Positions 11,556-20,818 of a DNA stretch of 64,000 nt are shown piece by piece. Each line of letters opens with the position of its first letter. Within the stretch, counting starts at the first letter, position 1. The position numbers and the translations under genes were made by a program. The DNA comes from Bdellovibrionales bacterium. GTDB taxonomy: Bacteria; Bdellovibrionota; Bdellovibrionia; Bdellovibrionales; UBA1609. Location: NCBI GenBank assembly GCA_965202645.1, contig OZ241840.1, positions 735,523 through 799,522 of the forward strand. Reading direction: 5' to 3'. The notes under the pieces were generated by a model. The model did no database searches. It was not told where the DNA came from and was given only the letters and a program-made list of their open reading frames with translations.

Positions 11556-12005
11556 ATGGATTGGCCTGCTATATTAAGCCTTTTTGATCAAGCTGTTCCT
11601 GTGGGAATAGTGGCTTTGCTTATTTGGCAGGCCATTATAAGCCGGGACATTAAACATATAAACGAAAAATTGGGCAATCACATAACAGACACAAACAAAA
11701 AGATTGATAAGCTGGATGCCAAGATTGAAAAACACACTGAAAAGCTGGATGCCAAGATTGAACAAAACACAGCCAAGCTGGATGCCAAGATTGAAAAGCT
11801 GGATGCCAAGATTGAACAAAACACAGCCAAGCTGGATGCCAAGATTGAACAAAACACAGCCAAGCTTGAGGCTGGACAAGCCCGCTTTGACAGTGAGCTT
11901 CAAGCCATAAAAGCTGGACAAGCCCGCTTTGACAGTGAGCTTCAAGCTATAAAAGCTGGACAAGTTAAGATAGAAAGCAAGCTTGACCGTCTCTTAATAA
12001 AATAA
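11556..12005 (+). CDS. Small N-terminal-TM coiled-coil repeat protein (paralog 1 of 3)
   Basis: 149 aa. One hydrophobic segment (VPVGIVALLIWQAII), then the NHITDTNKKIDKL motif, then 11-aa units (KLDAKIEQNTA, about 6 copies), then 16-aa units (AGQARFDSELQAIK, about 2.5 copies). It shares motifs with 31866-32054 and 38524-38814. Confidence 0.65.
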   Translation: MDWPAILSLFDQAVPVGIVALLIWQAIISRDIKHINEKLGNHITDTNKKIDKLDAKIEKHTEKLDAKIEQNTAKLDAKIEKLDAKIEQNTAKLDAKIEQNTAKLEAGQARFDSELQAIKAGQARFDSELQAIKAGQVKIESKLDRLLIK

Positions 12006-12227
12006 AGCCCCGCCTAAAATCTCAATAAATTATCCACTTCAAAAAAAGCGGAAAGCTTAACTGGCTTTTAAAGAGTATGATTAAAATGCTCCGGACAGTT
12101 TTCTCCCCCTTAGTTAGTTAAATGCCATAGATCGCTTAAAAGCCGGTCAATTCAAGCTGAAGAGCAGAAGAGAAAAAGTTAAGCTTTTGCTAAAATCTGC
12201 TGGCGCTCAGGCTTTGTGGATATAAGA

Positions 12228-12312
12228 CCCGACTTTGACACTTAATTGGCGGAGCAAAAACAAAAACCCCGGAAATATGGGATTTTTTTGTGATATTTTT
12301 GGATTTTAAATA
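12228..12312 (+). mobile_element. Solo terminal fragment (~85 bp) of the IS1634-family element, transposase-proximal end, inverted relative to the full copy
   Basis: cccgactttgacacttaattggcggagcaaaaacaaaaaccccggaaatatgggattttttt... aligns at roughly 90% with the reverse complement of 15430-15519. Confidence 0.8.
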
Positions 12313-12707
12313 AGATATAGAGAGAAAAGCTGGATTAAACCGCTTTGCGGCCGGCGGAGATAGAGTCTCTGGGGGCTGAATAAAAAAAAGAGCCGTCTCC
12401 ACATTCCCCGCTTTTAAAGCGGCCTATTTTTCATTCATGCCATACGGCTCAATCAAAATCAGAGAGCCGCATGCCCGATTGAGGGGGTTTATCTTTTTTT
12501 CATAAAAATCCCGCTTTAGACTTCCCCGGCCAAAAAAGCCAGAGCCATGTCTTTCCCGGCGCTCCGCCATTTTTTGCTCTTGCTCTTTGAATTGTTTCCT
12601 AATAAGCCTTGCCCAGCTCTTTTTGACTTTGGCGTTTAGGAAAAAGCTCTAGCCCGCTTATTTCCGGCTTTGAAAAATCTCCACACAGGCTCTTCTTTAA
12701 TAAGCAA

Positions 12708-13385
12708 CTATTTCATCTCAATCAAACACTTACTGTCTAACTCGTATAGAGCGTCACTCTGCCCATTCTCTCCAGCAAGCTTATACCACTCACAAGCCGC
12801 CTCCAAGTTTCGCTCCACACCCCAGCCATACGCATAAAGCCTGCCTAACCGGTATTGAGCGCCTGCATCCCCTTGCTCTCCAGCAAGAGCATACCACTGA
12901 AAAGCCGCAGGAAAGCTTTGCTCCACACCAAAGCCAAGCTCATAAAACCAACCTAACTGGAATTGAGCGCTCAAATCCCCTTGCGCCGCCGCAAGCTTAA
13001 GCCACTTAAAAGCCGCAGGAAAGCTTTGCTCCAAGCCCTGGCCAAACGCATAAAGCCCGCCTAACCGGTATTGAGCTTCCGCATGCCCTTGATCTGCCGC
13101 GCGCCTATACAACTGAAAAGCCGCAGGAAAGCTTCGCTCCATGCCCTGGCCATACTCATAACACCAGCCTAACCAGACTTGAGCGTCCGCATTCCCATTC
13201 TTTGCCGCGTGCTTATACCACTTAAAAGCCGCCTCTGTCGTCATCGGGTCAAGTTGAGGTAAACGATCTTTAGAGGCTAGAGCGCTTTGACAAGACAGGA
13301 CAGCCACAACGGCCAAGACTCTGATAATGCCGATTTTTCTTTCTTTGGTTAAGGCGGAGAAAAGCCTTATAATAATTTTTTGCAT
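12708..13385 (-). CDS. Sel1-repeat (SLR) protein, secreted
   Basis: Repeated A..WY..AA.QG...AQ..LG..Y..G.GVE.. units (5-6 copies) and a signal-like LAVVAVLSCQSALA. The preferred start is the ATG at 13385, preceded by AGGAGG. The track ORF extends to 13424. Confidence 0.85.
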   Translation of the reverse strand: MQKIIIRLFSALTKERKIGIIRVLAVVAVLSCQSALASKDRLPQLDPMTTEAAFKWYKHAAKNGNADAQVWLGWCYEYGQGMERSFPAAFQLYRRAADQGHAEAQYRLGGLYAFGQGLEQSFPAAFKWLKLAAAQGDLSAQFQLGWFYELGFGVEQSFPAAFQWYALAGEQGDAGAQYRLGRLYAYGWGVERNLEAACEWYKLAGENGQSDALYELDSKCLIEMK

Positions 13386-13497
13386 AAATCCTCCTATTGG
13401 TTTGTTTAAGCGCTTATTTGCCATTTATCGGAGCAAAAAAGGCTGAAAACAATCAGCCTCCCGGCCCCCTAAGCAAACAAACACATTGCAAATTTTA

Positions 13498-13514
13498 CCC
13501 CCCCCCCCCCCCCC
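13498..13514. repeat. Homopolymer C17 (G17 on the coding strand of the Sel1 gene)
   Basis: Counted directly as 3+10+4 C. On the minus strand it reads cTTGATTtttc-G17-TAAAAT. Confidence 0.9.
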
Positions 13515-13560
13515 GAAAAATCAAGCTTTTTTTCTGACTTTTGCAAAAAAATTTATCTAA

Positions 13561-15521
13561 ATCCCGACTTTGACACTTAATATGTTTGAGGAAATTTAAA
13601 AGTCAATAAAGACAAGGGTTTCAGGAAATATTGCCTAAAAAACAGGCAACATTGTAGTGTAATACTTTAAAAAAAAGGGGTTTTTAATGCGGTTTTTTCT
13701 CCTCAGAAGATATTTGCAGTAATTTCGGAGGTATTTTGAGCTTAATCGCCTGAAAGACAGCCGCTGCATTTCCCTCTATCTCTGTCCTCATCCACAATAT
13801 GCGATCCCGCATTTTCACTGGAACAGCCCGAACCTCCAACAAATCCCTCATAGCCTCTTTAGCGCTCAAAGGGCGAGCCTTCACCAGCCCCTTCTTTATA
13901 GCGGCGCTCTTTAGCTTTAAACCCTTAATCCTAAAAACTTTGGTTAAATAAGCCTCGCATAAATAAGCTATAAAACACATCAGCAAATGCCCCACTATGC
14001 GCTTGTCTGTCCAATGAAACACAGGACGCGCTTTTAATGTTCCCTTCAGCTCGCCAAAAGCGCTCTCCACCTTCCATAGATCCTTATAATGGCTGATCAA
14101 ATGCCCAGCGCTCATATTCTTAACATTCGTAATCACTCCAAAAAAGCCATCTCTTTTAGCCTCTTCCTCTATCGCCTTTTTATTTAAAACCGCAGGGCCT
14201 TTTTGGGATAAGCGCACATACTTTTTATAAGCCTCATTCGTTATAAAGCCCTTGACTGAAGATCCGCTGGAGCTTAACTTCTTCTCAATTTTTAACAAAA
14301 GCTCCTCGCGGGCCTTCCGATCTCTCTCCGCCCTTTTAGCCGACCAAGCAATAATAAGCCTCTTTCCCTCATACTCTGTCTCATACACAGACAAGCCCTC
14401 TTGAACTCTTTTAAACAGCCTTTTATTATAAAAATCCTTATGCCGGCTCTTTATAACTCCTAACTTCATGCCCACAATAAACTCCCCTTTTCCCCGATCC
14501 AAACTCTCTAAATTCCTCTTGGAGAAAAGGCCTCTGTCCCCAACAAAAATAAAGCGCCCCACATTAAACTTTTTCCTCAGCTTTCTCTCTATATCAAACA
14601 CTGTCTTTCCCTCAAAAGTGTTCCCCGGATACACCTCAAAACCCAATGGCATTCCCTCCCTATTTACTAAAAGCCCTAAAACCACTTGAACTAAATCGCC
14701 TCTCCTCTCCTTGCTATATCCAAACTTCCTCAACCGCCCTAAGTCTGCCCTCTGACTCTCAAATCGCAATGTTGTCAAATCATACAGCACAACATCCACC
14801 TCCTGATTAAACAAATCCCGATCATGCCAATATAAAGACTTTTCTATCTCCTCCTTGTTTAGAGCTAAATAATCTAAAACCCTGTATATCTGATGAAGCT
14901 TTATATCCGGAGTGAAAAGGCCCGGATAAAAATTATTCTGCCAATGCTCATAAACTTTAAGCTTTGAGCCCGGATTAGCAAAACGGGAGGCCACAAGGGC
15001 AAACAGAACTTTCCGAACATCAAAAACAGCTTTCCCGCTTTTTGGAAGCTTCTCCAGAGCTTGATTTATCCCTAATGTCTCAAAAAGCTTTTCCAGTATA
15101 AGGAGAGGGCCTAAAGTGAAGGTTTTTTCAATGGAGAGTTTTTTGGCCAGCTCAGAGGCTGTCAAAAAACTGCTATGGCGGCGGACAGCTTCCACCAGGT
15201 TTTCCAGCCTTCCCTCTCCCGCTCGTCCGAGAGGCAGGAGAGTTCGTTGGCGGACTTTGCCTCCTTCACGATAGGATTCCACTAAGTGAAAATAGTCTGT
15301 TCCCTGGGGAGTTTTAATCTTGCGGATGAACATAATTCATTCATTACTTGATCCCTCGAACAAAGTCAATATGTTTTATTGAATAAAAAACAAAAAACTA
15401 GACCTTTTCCCTAAAAAATAATTCACTACATTTTTAACTCAAATCCAAAAAAAATCACAAAAAATCCTATATTTCCGGGGTTTTTATTTTTGCCACGCCA
15501 ATTAAGTGTCAAAGTCGGGAT
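13561..15521 (-). mobile_element. IS1634-family (IS4 superfamily) insertion sequence, apparently intact
   Basis: Terminal inverted repeats: atcccgactttgacacttaat (13561-13581) and attaagtgtcaaagtcgggat (15501-15521). They enclose a single 549-aa DDE transposase ORF. Confidence 0.85.
13684..15333 (-). CDS. IS1634-family DDE transposase
   Basis: 549 aa. N-terminus MFIRKIKTPQGTDYFHLVESYREGGKVRQRTL and the blocks VVLYDLTTLRFES, FIFVGDRGLFS and YKDLWKVESAFGELK are typical of IS1634/IS4-type transposases. Confidence 0.85.
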   Translation of the reverse strand: MFIRKIKTPQGTDYFHLVESYREGGKVRQRTLLPLGRAGEGRLENLVEAVRRHSSFLTASELAKKLSIEKTFTLGPLLILEKLFETLGINQALEKLPKSGKAVFDVRKVLFALVASRFANPGSKLKVYEHWQNNFYPGLFTPDIKLHQIYRVLDYLALNKEEIEKSLYWHDRDLFNQEVDVVLYDLTTLRFESQRADLGRLRKFGYSKERRGDLVQVVLGLLVNREGMPLGFEVYPGNTFEGKTVFDIERKLRKKFNVGRFIFVGDRGLFSKRNLESLDRGKGEFIVGMKLGVIKSRHKDFYNKRLFKRVQEGLSVYETEYEGKRLIIAWSAKRAERDRKAREELLLKIEKKLSSSGSSVKGFITNEAYKKYVRLSQKGPAVLNKKAIEEEAKRDGFFGVITNVKNMSAGHLISHYKDLWKVESAFGELKGTLKARPVFHWTDKRIVGHLLMCFIAYLCEAYLTKVFRIKGLKLKSAAIKKGLVKARPLSAKEAMRDLLEVRAVPVKMRDRILWMRTEIEGNAAAVFQAIKLKIPPKLLQISSEEKKPH

Positions 15522-16331
15522 ATAATTTTGCTGTAAATGATTTGGATCTGCGCTGGATGAATCCAAATTTTTTGGATTGGCAAATAAAAACTTATGCTCA
15601 GGGAATTTGAGAAAAATATCAACAGCGATAATATTAAACTCATCTTTTCTGGGGGTTGCCTGTGTCCTCTCGCTTAATCCGCCAGAGCCAGAAACAAAAT
15701 GTGTCTCTAATACTTGGATTTTTTTTGCTATATACGCCAATCTGCCGTTAATCATTTGATTGATTTCTTTTCTTGAATATTTTTTTAAATTAGAAATACA
15801 TTTTGATTTTTGAGTTTCTTTTTCCGGCGGCTTATATTTTATAATTTCCTCATAATCGTATAGAGTGTCTTTGTATTCATTTAAAAATTTAGGAAGATTA
15901 TCTTGTATCCATTTATCAATTTGCGGCTCTATCTCTTTGTTTTGTTTTATCCATTTAATTTTTTTATGCTCAAAAAAAAGAAAAGCTTTTAAGCGATCAT
16001 AATTATAAAGTTTATGCCATTTTTCGGAATTAGATTTAAGCCCTTCCGACTCTAAGACAAACCAATATCCGTCTTTATTTTGAAAATAAAAATCACCATA
16101 ATGGCTGGGATGTTTTTTCCCCTCCCACTTTTCTTTGATTCTTTTTACAGGGTAATTCAGGGATTCTAAGCGCTTTTTTATCAATAGCTCTGTCACTGAG
16201 CCGCTGACATAACCTTGCGCGCCAGGGCTTAATTTTAGAGCTTCCAGAAAAACATCCAATGTTGTTTTAAAAACTTTAGAGACAAAATATTCCAATTTTT
16301 CAAAAATTGTTTTCTTGGTTTTTTCCGGCAT
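15426..16331 (-). CDS. Hypothetical protein whose 3' end is replaced by IS sequence
   Basis: The ORF crosses the IS boundary at 15521. The last 31 aa (IPTLTLNWRGKNKNPGNIGFFVIFFGFELKM) are encoded by the IS terminus. Only 270 codons are native. Function unrecognised (a nuclease-like fold was considered but cannot be supported). Confidence 0.5.
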   Translation of the reverse strand: MPEKTKKTIFEKLEYFVSKVFKTTLDVFLEALKLSPGAQGYVSGSVTELLIKKRLESLNYPVKRIKEKWEGKKHPSHYGDFYFQNKDGYWFVLESEGLKSNSEKWHKLYNYDRLKAFLFFEHKKIKWIKQNKEIEPQIDKWIQDNLPKFLNEYKDTLYDYEEIIKYKPPEKETQKSKCISNLKKYSRKEINQMINGRLAYIAKKIQVLETHFVSGSGGLSERTQATPRKDEFNIIAVDIFLKFPEHKFLFANPKNLDSSSADPNHLQQNYIPTLTLNWRGKNKNPGNIGFFVIFFGFELKM

Positions 16332-16864
16332 GTTTATTTTTAGAATTAATATTGTAAAAAATTAGCCTTTCTCAATCATAGCATTATCTATAAAGAGTTT
16401 AAACAGCGCATTTTTATTTAAGAATTTATGACGCTATAGGTTAATTTATAGGCTCATGGGGCGCCTTAAGGGGCCTATTTAATTGCTCATAAATTGGCCG
16501 ATTATGTAATCATTTCGGCCGGAATTTTGCCATATTTTAAAGCCTTGACAGCCCCCCGTTTTTGATATGTTGCGCGGTCTTTAAGCGTCAAAACCAATTC
16601 CCTTTAAATTTGCTTCCCACAAATCCGCTTTAGAAACTTGCCCGCCCCTAAACAGACAGGTTTAGCCTCGTGAATAGGTCAAGAGATCTAGCTCAGTTTA
16701 CTATTTTCTCCCTTTGACGGGGAATAATCTCTAAAATGAGGGCATTATGGCGGATATTTTGCGGCAAACAGCTCAATTCCGCAAGATCTTTAGAGGCAGT
16801 TGAGCTAAAAAATTTAACTTTTCTCCCCCTTTTTCCGACAAGATATTAGACTATTGGGGGAATT

Positions 16865-18322
16865 ATGGGCAATCAAACTAAATTAAAACAAGCGTTGGAA
16901 AATTTCATTGATATAACAGGGGCCAGAAAAAAGCGGCCGGCTAGGGCTAAAAAAGCTCAAATTGCCCCTTTGCGCAAGCGCCGGCAGGCTAAACCGCTAA
17001 ACACATTGGAGCAAAGTCCAGCCACCTCCTCAGCTCAGCTCCAAAAAGAAGACTCTATGCCAGCCTTAGAGAGCAAAACAGCCCAGAGCCAAAAAGAAGA
17101 CTCTATGCCGGCTTTACAGAAAAAAACAGCCCAACTCCAAAAAGAAGACTCCATGCCGGCTTTACAGAAAAAAACAGCCCAGAGCCAAAAAGAAGACTCC
17201 ATGCCGGCTTTACAGAAAAAAACAGCCCAACTCCAAAAAGAGGACTCTATGCCGGCTTTACAGAAAAAAACAGCCCAACTCCAAAAAGAGGACTCCATGC
17301 CGGCTTTACAGAAAAAAACAGCCCAGAGCCAAAAAGGGGACTCTATGCCGGCTTTACAGAAAAAAACAGCCCAAAGCCAAAAAGAAGACTCCATGCCGGC
17401 TTTACAGAAAAAAACAGCCCAGAGCCAAAAAGAAGACTCCATGCCGGCTTTACAGAAAAAAACAGCCCAACTCCAAAAAGAGGACTCTATGCCGGCTTTA
17501 GAGAAAAAAACAGCCCAACGGCAAAAACCAAAGGAGGATAAAAAAGACTCAACACTCATTACAGAGCTTTCCGCAAAAAATATAAAGCCAGATCCGAATA
17601 AAAAAACACAGACAAGAGCCGCCTATCAAGGGATGGACACGCTAAAAGCGGTGGGCGCCAGAAAAATTCAAATGATGACTCAGCCGGGAATAAACCCGGC
17701 CCCTTCCTCTCCTTTGCAAATGCATCTTGTTCAGTCGGAAAGCCTGAAAATCGCTCAAGAAAAAATCACTGAATTAGAAGAGGAGCTAAACAGCCTGCGC
17801 CAAAAAAATGAATCTTTGCTTTCCGCCTCTGATGTTTTAAAAAGCCAAAATGATCAAATGACATCCAAGCTGGAGGATTTAAAATATGCCCTTAAAGATG
17901 AAAAAAACAATTTTAAAAATGAGAAAGAGGTTCTTCTCTCCACTTTAGAGGAGGCTCAAGCGCAAATCCAACAGCTGAAAAGCAAAAAGCAGGAGCTGGA
18001 AAATCGCCTGTCCAGTGACTTTCACGGCATCCGCGACAGAGAAAGCTCCTTGGAAAGCCGAATGGAGATTTTGAAAATGGAAAACTCCGTGCTTCAAAGG
18101 GAAAAAGACAAAAAAATTATTGAGCTAAAGAGGCAAATTCAAAAAACAAAAAACAGCTTGGATGGAGCTTATCAAAAAAATAAGGATTTGCAAATTTTAA
18201 ACAACAAGCTTCAGGAAGGCTCCCGAAGGGCTGTCTTCGCCCTAAGAGCCACAATTTACAATCTGGAGGGCGCTAAAGCTGTTGAGGAAACCATTGCGAC
18301 AGAAATCAGCAAGAAAAAATAA
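16865..18322 (+). CDS. Repeat plus coiled-coil protein (10 copies of a 16-aa unit QKEDSMPALQKKTAQ[LS])
   Basis: 485 aa. 48-bp in-frame repeats run over about 17040-17520, followed by a C-terminal ~230 aa of heptad-rich coiled coil. GGGGGAATTATG provides an SD. Confidence 0.65.
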   Translation: MGNQTKLKQALENFIDITGARKKRPARAKKAQIAPLRKRRQAKPLNTLEQSPATSSAQLQKEDSMPALESKTAQSQKEDSMPALQKKTAQLQKEDSMPALQKKTAQSQKEDSMPALQKKTAQLQKEDSMPALQKKTAQLQKEDSMPALQKKTAQSQKGDSMPALQKKTAQSQKEDSMPALQKKTAQSQKEDSMPALQKKTAQLQKEDSMPALEKKTAQRQKPKEDKKDSTLITELSAKNIKPDPNKKTQTRAAYQGMDTLKAVGARKIQMMTQPGINPAPSSPLQMHLVQSESLKIAQEKITELEEELNSLRQKNESLLSASDVLKSQNDQMTSKLEDLKYALKDEKNNFKNEKEVLLSTLEEAQAQIQQLKSKKQELENRLSSDFHGIRDRESSLESRMEILKMENSVLQREKDKKIIELKRQIQKTKNSLDGAYQKNKDLQILNNKLQEGSRRAVFALRATIYNLEGAKAVEETIATEISKKK

Positions 18323-18342
18323 TATTCTGATCTCTCAAAAAA

Positions 18343-19473
18343 ATGAAGCTCTTATTGGAATTTTCCCCTTTTAAAGCCAGTAAACGCGAAAAAGTTTTTT
18401 TATCCACTGCTTTAAAAAAATTTTTGTCCAGCCCTCTGTCTCAAATTTCAGAGCAAGACTTAAAAGCAGGCAAAAAAATATGGGCGGGCGCTCGCTCCTC
18501 CGGCTCTAAAGCTCTTATTTTCGCCTTTGGCGGGGCCGGCTCCAGCGCCAAAATTTTAAGCTGGCTCTTCCCCGCAAAAAGCGGCTCTGTGCGCTTAATA
18601 GATTCTATGGACAGGGAATCTTTTGATCGCCTCTCTTCCCTGACAAAATCGGAGCTTAAATCCCACAGCTTTCTTTTCATCTCCAAAAGCGGACAAACAA
18701 AAGAGAGCCTGATTTGGGCGGATTTTTTAAAAAGCGCTCATTTGCGCCATAAGCTCTCTTTAAAAAAAAGAGCAACAGTTTTAACCCAAAACGCCCAAAG
18801 CCCTCTGGGGAAATGGGCCAAAAAAGAGAGAGGCTCCGTTTTGATCGCCAACAGCCCTTTGCCCGGCCGGTTTTCTTTTTTTGCTTTAAGCGGCTTGGCG
18901 CAGGCTCAAGCTTACGGCTTTGATTTTTCAGTCAAAGATCTTAAAGCCCGGCCATCTCCCATTCAGGCTTTGGAGTTTTTTATTCATCACTACAGCGCTA
19001 AAAAAGAGATATTTCTCTGTCCCTTGGCCCCGGAGCTAAAAGGCCTCGCCCGCTGGCTGGAGCTGAGCTGGTCGGAGTCTCTTTTTCAGCCGGGAGCTAA
19101 AAAACAAGCTCCTATTTTGAGGAGCGTCTCCCCTTCTGACTTTTGCCACGCTTTTGCGGAAGAGCTGATAGCCAAAAAAAGCAAGTCTGTTTTTTGGGCT
19201 ATGGATATAACATCTAAAAACCGCCCCTTCTCCCCTTATGAGCCAGCCATTAAAAAAATGCTGAAGGCAAAAAAAATTCCTCATGTTTTTATGAAGCTCC
19301 CTCTGGGCGATAAAAACTCTTTAGCGGAAATCCTGCTTATATGCCATAAAATTCTTTTTTGCGCCGGCGCTTTTTTTAAGTCGGACATTTACACACAGCC
19401 CGGAGTGGATTATCTTAAAAAGGGATTGTATTCTGATCTAAAAATCCCCTCTTTTTATAGCAAAAACCCCTAA
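18343..19473 (+). CDS. Glucose-6-phosphate isomerase family (SIS fold) protein, short and divergent
   Basis: FISKSGQTKESL matches the PGI SKSG(T/Q)T.E block and SPLPGRFSFFALSG matches the PGI signature (G-R-[FY]-S). At 376 aa it is shorter than canonical Pgi. Confidence 0.5.
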   Translation: MKLLLEFSPFKASKREKVFLSTALKKFLSSPLSQISEQDLKAGKKIWAGARSSGSKALIFAFGGAGSSAKILSWLFPAKSGSVRLIDSMDRESFDRLSSLTKSELKSHSFLFISKSGQTKESLIWADFLKSAHLRHKLSLKKRATVLTQNAQSPLGKWAKKERGSVLIANSPLPGRFSFFALSGLAQAQAYGFDFSVKDLKARPSPIQALEFFIHHYSAKKEIFLCPLAPELKGLARWLELSWSESLFQPGAKKQAPILRSVSPSDFCHAFAEELIAKKSKSVFWAMDITSKNRPFSPYEPAIKKMLKAKKIPHVFMKLPLGDKNSLAEILLICHKILFCAGAFFKSDIYTQPGVDYLKKGLYSDLKIPSFYSKNP

Positions 19474-19489
19474 AAATGGCATAAAAAAC

Positions 19490-20521
19490 ATGAAATTTCT
19501 CAAATCTTTATTCTCTAAAATCAAAAGCGGCGCAAAAAGAGATCCGGCGAAGGGCAAATCGCAAACCGCGCCCATTCCGGGGAGCGAGACGGCAACAGGC
19601 CAATCGCAACCAGATGAACAGCTTTCTCCCTACACACAAACCAATGTCACAAAAATTGCGGATGAGGAGGATACTTTAGTCACAAAAAGGCAGTCAGCTG
19701 AAAAGGCTCCGGCCTCCCTTCTGCTTTTAAACGGGCCTCAGGAGCTTATGGGCCTGTTTTGGCCTCTCAATCAGCCGGTGACCAGCGTTGGCCGCTCCAG
19801 CAGATTAAATGACATTATTATCCCTCATAACAGCCTCAGCAAAACTCATTTTCAAATTATAAAAGAGAAACAGATGTTTTATATTGTGGATTTGAGGTCA
19901 ACAAATAAAACCTATATCAATGACAAGCAAATAGAGCCTTATCAAAAAACAGCTTTGGAAAACAACTCCTACATTCGGGCCAGCCACTTGATTTTTAAAT
20001 TTCTGGATAAAGGAAACATTGAGATTTTGCCCTCTAAACAGATATTAAGCGCAACGCACACCGACTCTCTCACAGGGGCCGGCAACCGCCGCCTCCTAAA
20101 AGTCAAAGGCCCTGAGTATTTTTTCTCAAACCAAGTTTTATCTTTGATTGTGTTTGACATTGATAAGTTTAAAATGATCAACGACAATTTTGGCCATACA
20201 GCGGGAGACTATATTTTAAAAACGCTGTCCCGGCATGTTTTAAAAATTATCCGCAAAGAAGATATGTTTATTCGCTATGGCGGAGACGAGTTTTGCATAT
20301 TTACGCCCAATCCCCGCTCTTCCGCAAAAAGCATAGCGGAGAGAATGGAGCGGCAAATTCAAGCCAATCAGTTTATTTTTAAAGGCCAAAAAATTTCATT
20401 GAGCCTTTCCATAGGCATAGCGGAAAAATCCCCTTCAGACAAAGCTTGGGAGGATATTTACCAGCGGGCGGATAAGGAGTCTTATGAGCAAAAACGAAAG
20501 AAAAAGGCTGGGCCAAATTAA
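19490..20521 (+). CDS. FHA domain - GGDEF diguanylate cyclase
   Basis: FHA-like segment VTSVGRSSRLNDIIIPHNSLSKTHFQI...VDLRSTNKTYIN. The GGDEF domain has an intact RYGGDEF and an RxxD I-site (RKED) 5 residues upstream. Confidence 0.8.
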   Translation: MKFLKSLFSKIKSGAKRDPAKGKSQTAPIPGSETATGQSQPDEQLSPYTQTNVTKIADEEDTLVTKRQSAEKAPASLLLLNGPQELMGLFWPLNQPVTSVGRSSRLNDIIIPHNSLSKTHFQIIKEKQMFYIVDLRSTNKTYINDKQIEPYQKTALENNSYIRASHLIFKFLDKGNIEILPSKQILSATHTDSLTGAGNRRLLKVKGPEYFFSNQVLSLIVFDIDKFKMINDNFGHTAGDYILKTLSRHVLKIIRKEDMFIRYGGDEFCIFTPNPRSSAKSIAERMERQIQANQFIFKGQKISLSLSIGIAEKSPSDKAWEDIYQRADKESYEQKRKKKAGPN

Positions 20522-20818
20522 AGCCTCCTCCAGCTCCATTTGCGCTACCGGCCTTTTGAGCAAAAGAGGCCAGAGATGGGCCGCAAAAAAGCCCTAAAAA
20601 GTTAAAAAATTCTCTTGCTTTCAAAGCCTTTTAAAGGAGGCGTGAGCGGCTCTAGCGCTTTTAGGAGGCATCATATTTACCAACGGAGGAGGGAGCAGAT
20701 GAGACAGCCAGGAGAGGCCGGCGGGAATTAAGCCAACTTTGAATTTTCTAATGCCTGTCACAAACATAAAATGGATTAGGAGTTTTTTTCTCAGCGGCCG
20801 GCTTTTTAACCTCCCCCT

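Noticed and set aside
15522-16331. Type II restriction endonuclease (PD-(D/E)xK) assignment for the IS-disrupted ORF
   Set aside because: Only a loose D...ExE..K-like pattern (GDFYF...VLESEGLK) is present and no methyltransferase is adjacent. This cannot be supported without a structure or profile search.
20745-20760. Shared 15-mer ttctaatgcctgtca at 20745 and 61018 as a regulatory motif
   Set aside because: There are only two occurrences, in unrelated contexts (downstream of tolB and upstream of valS). That is too little to interpret.
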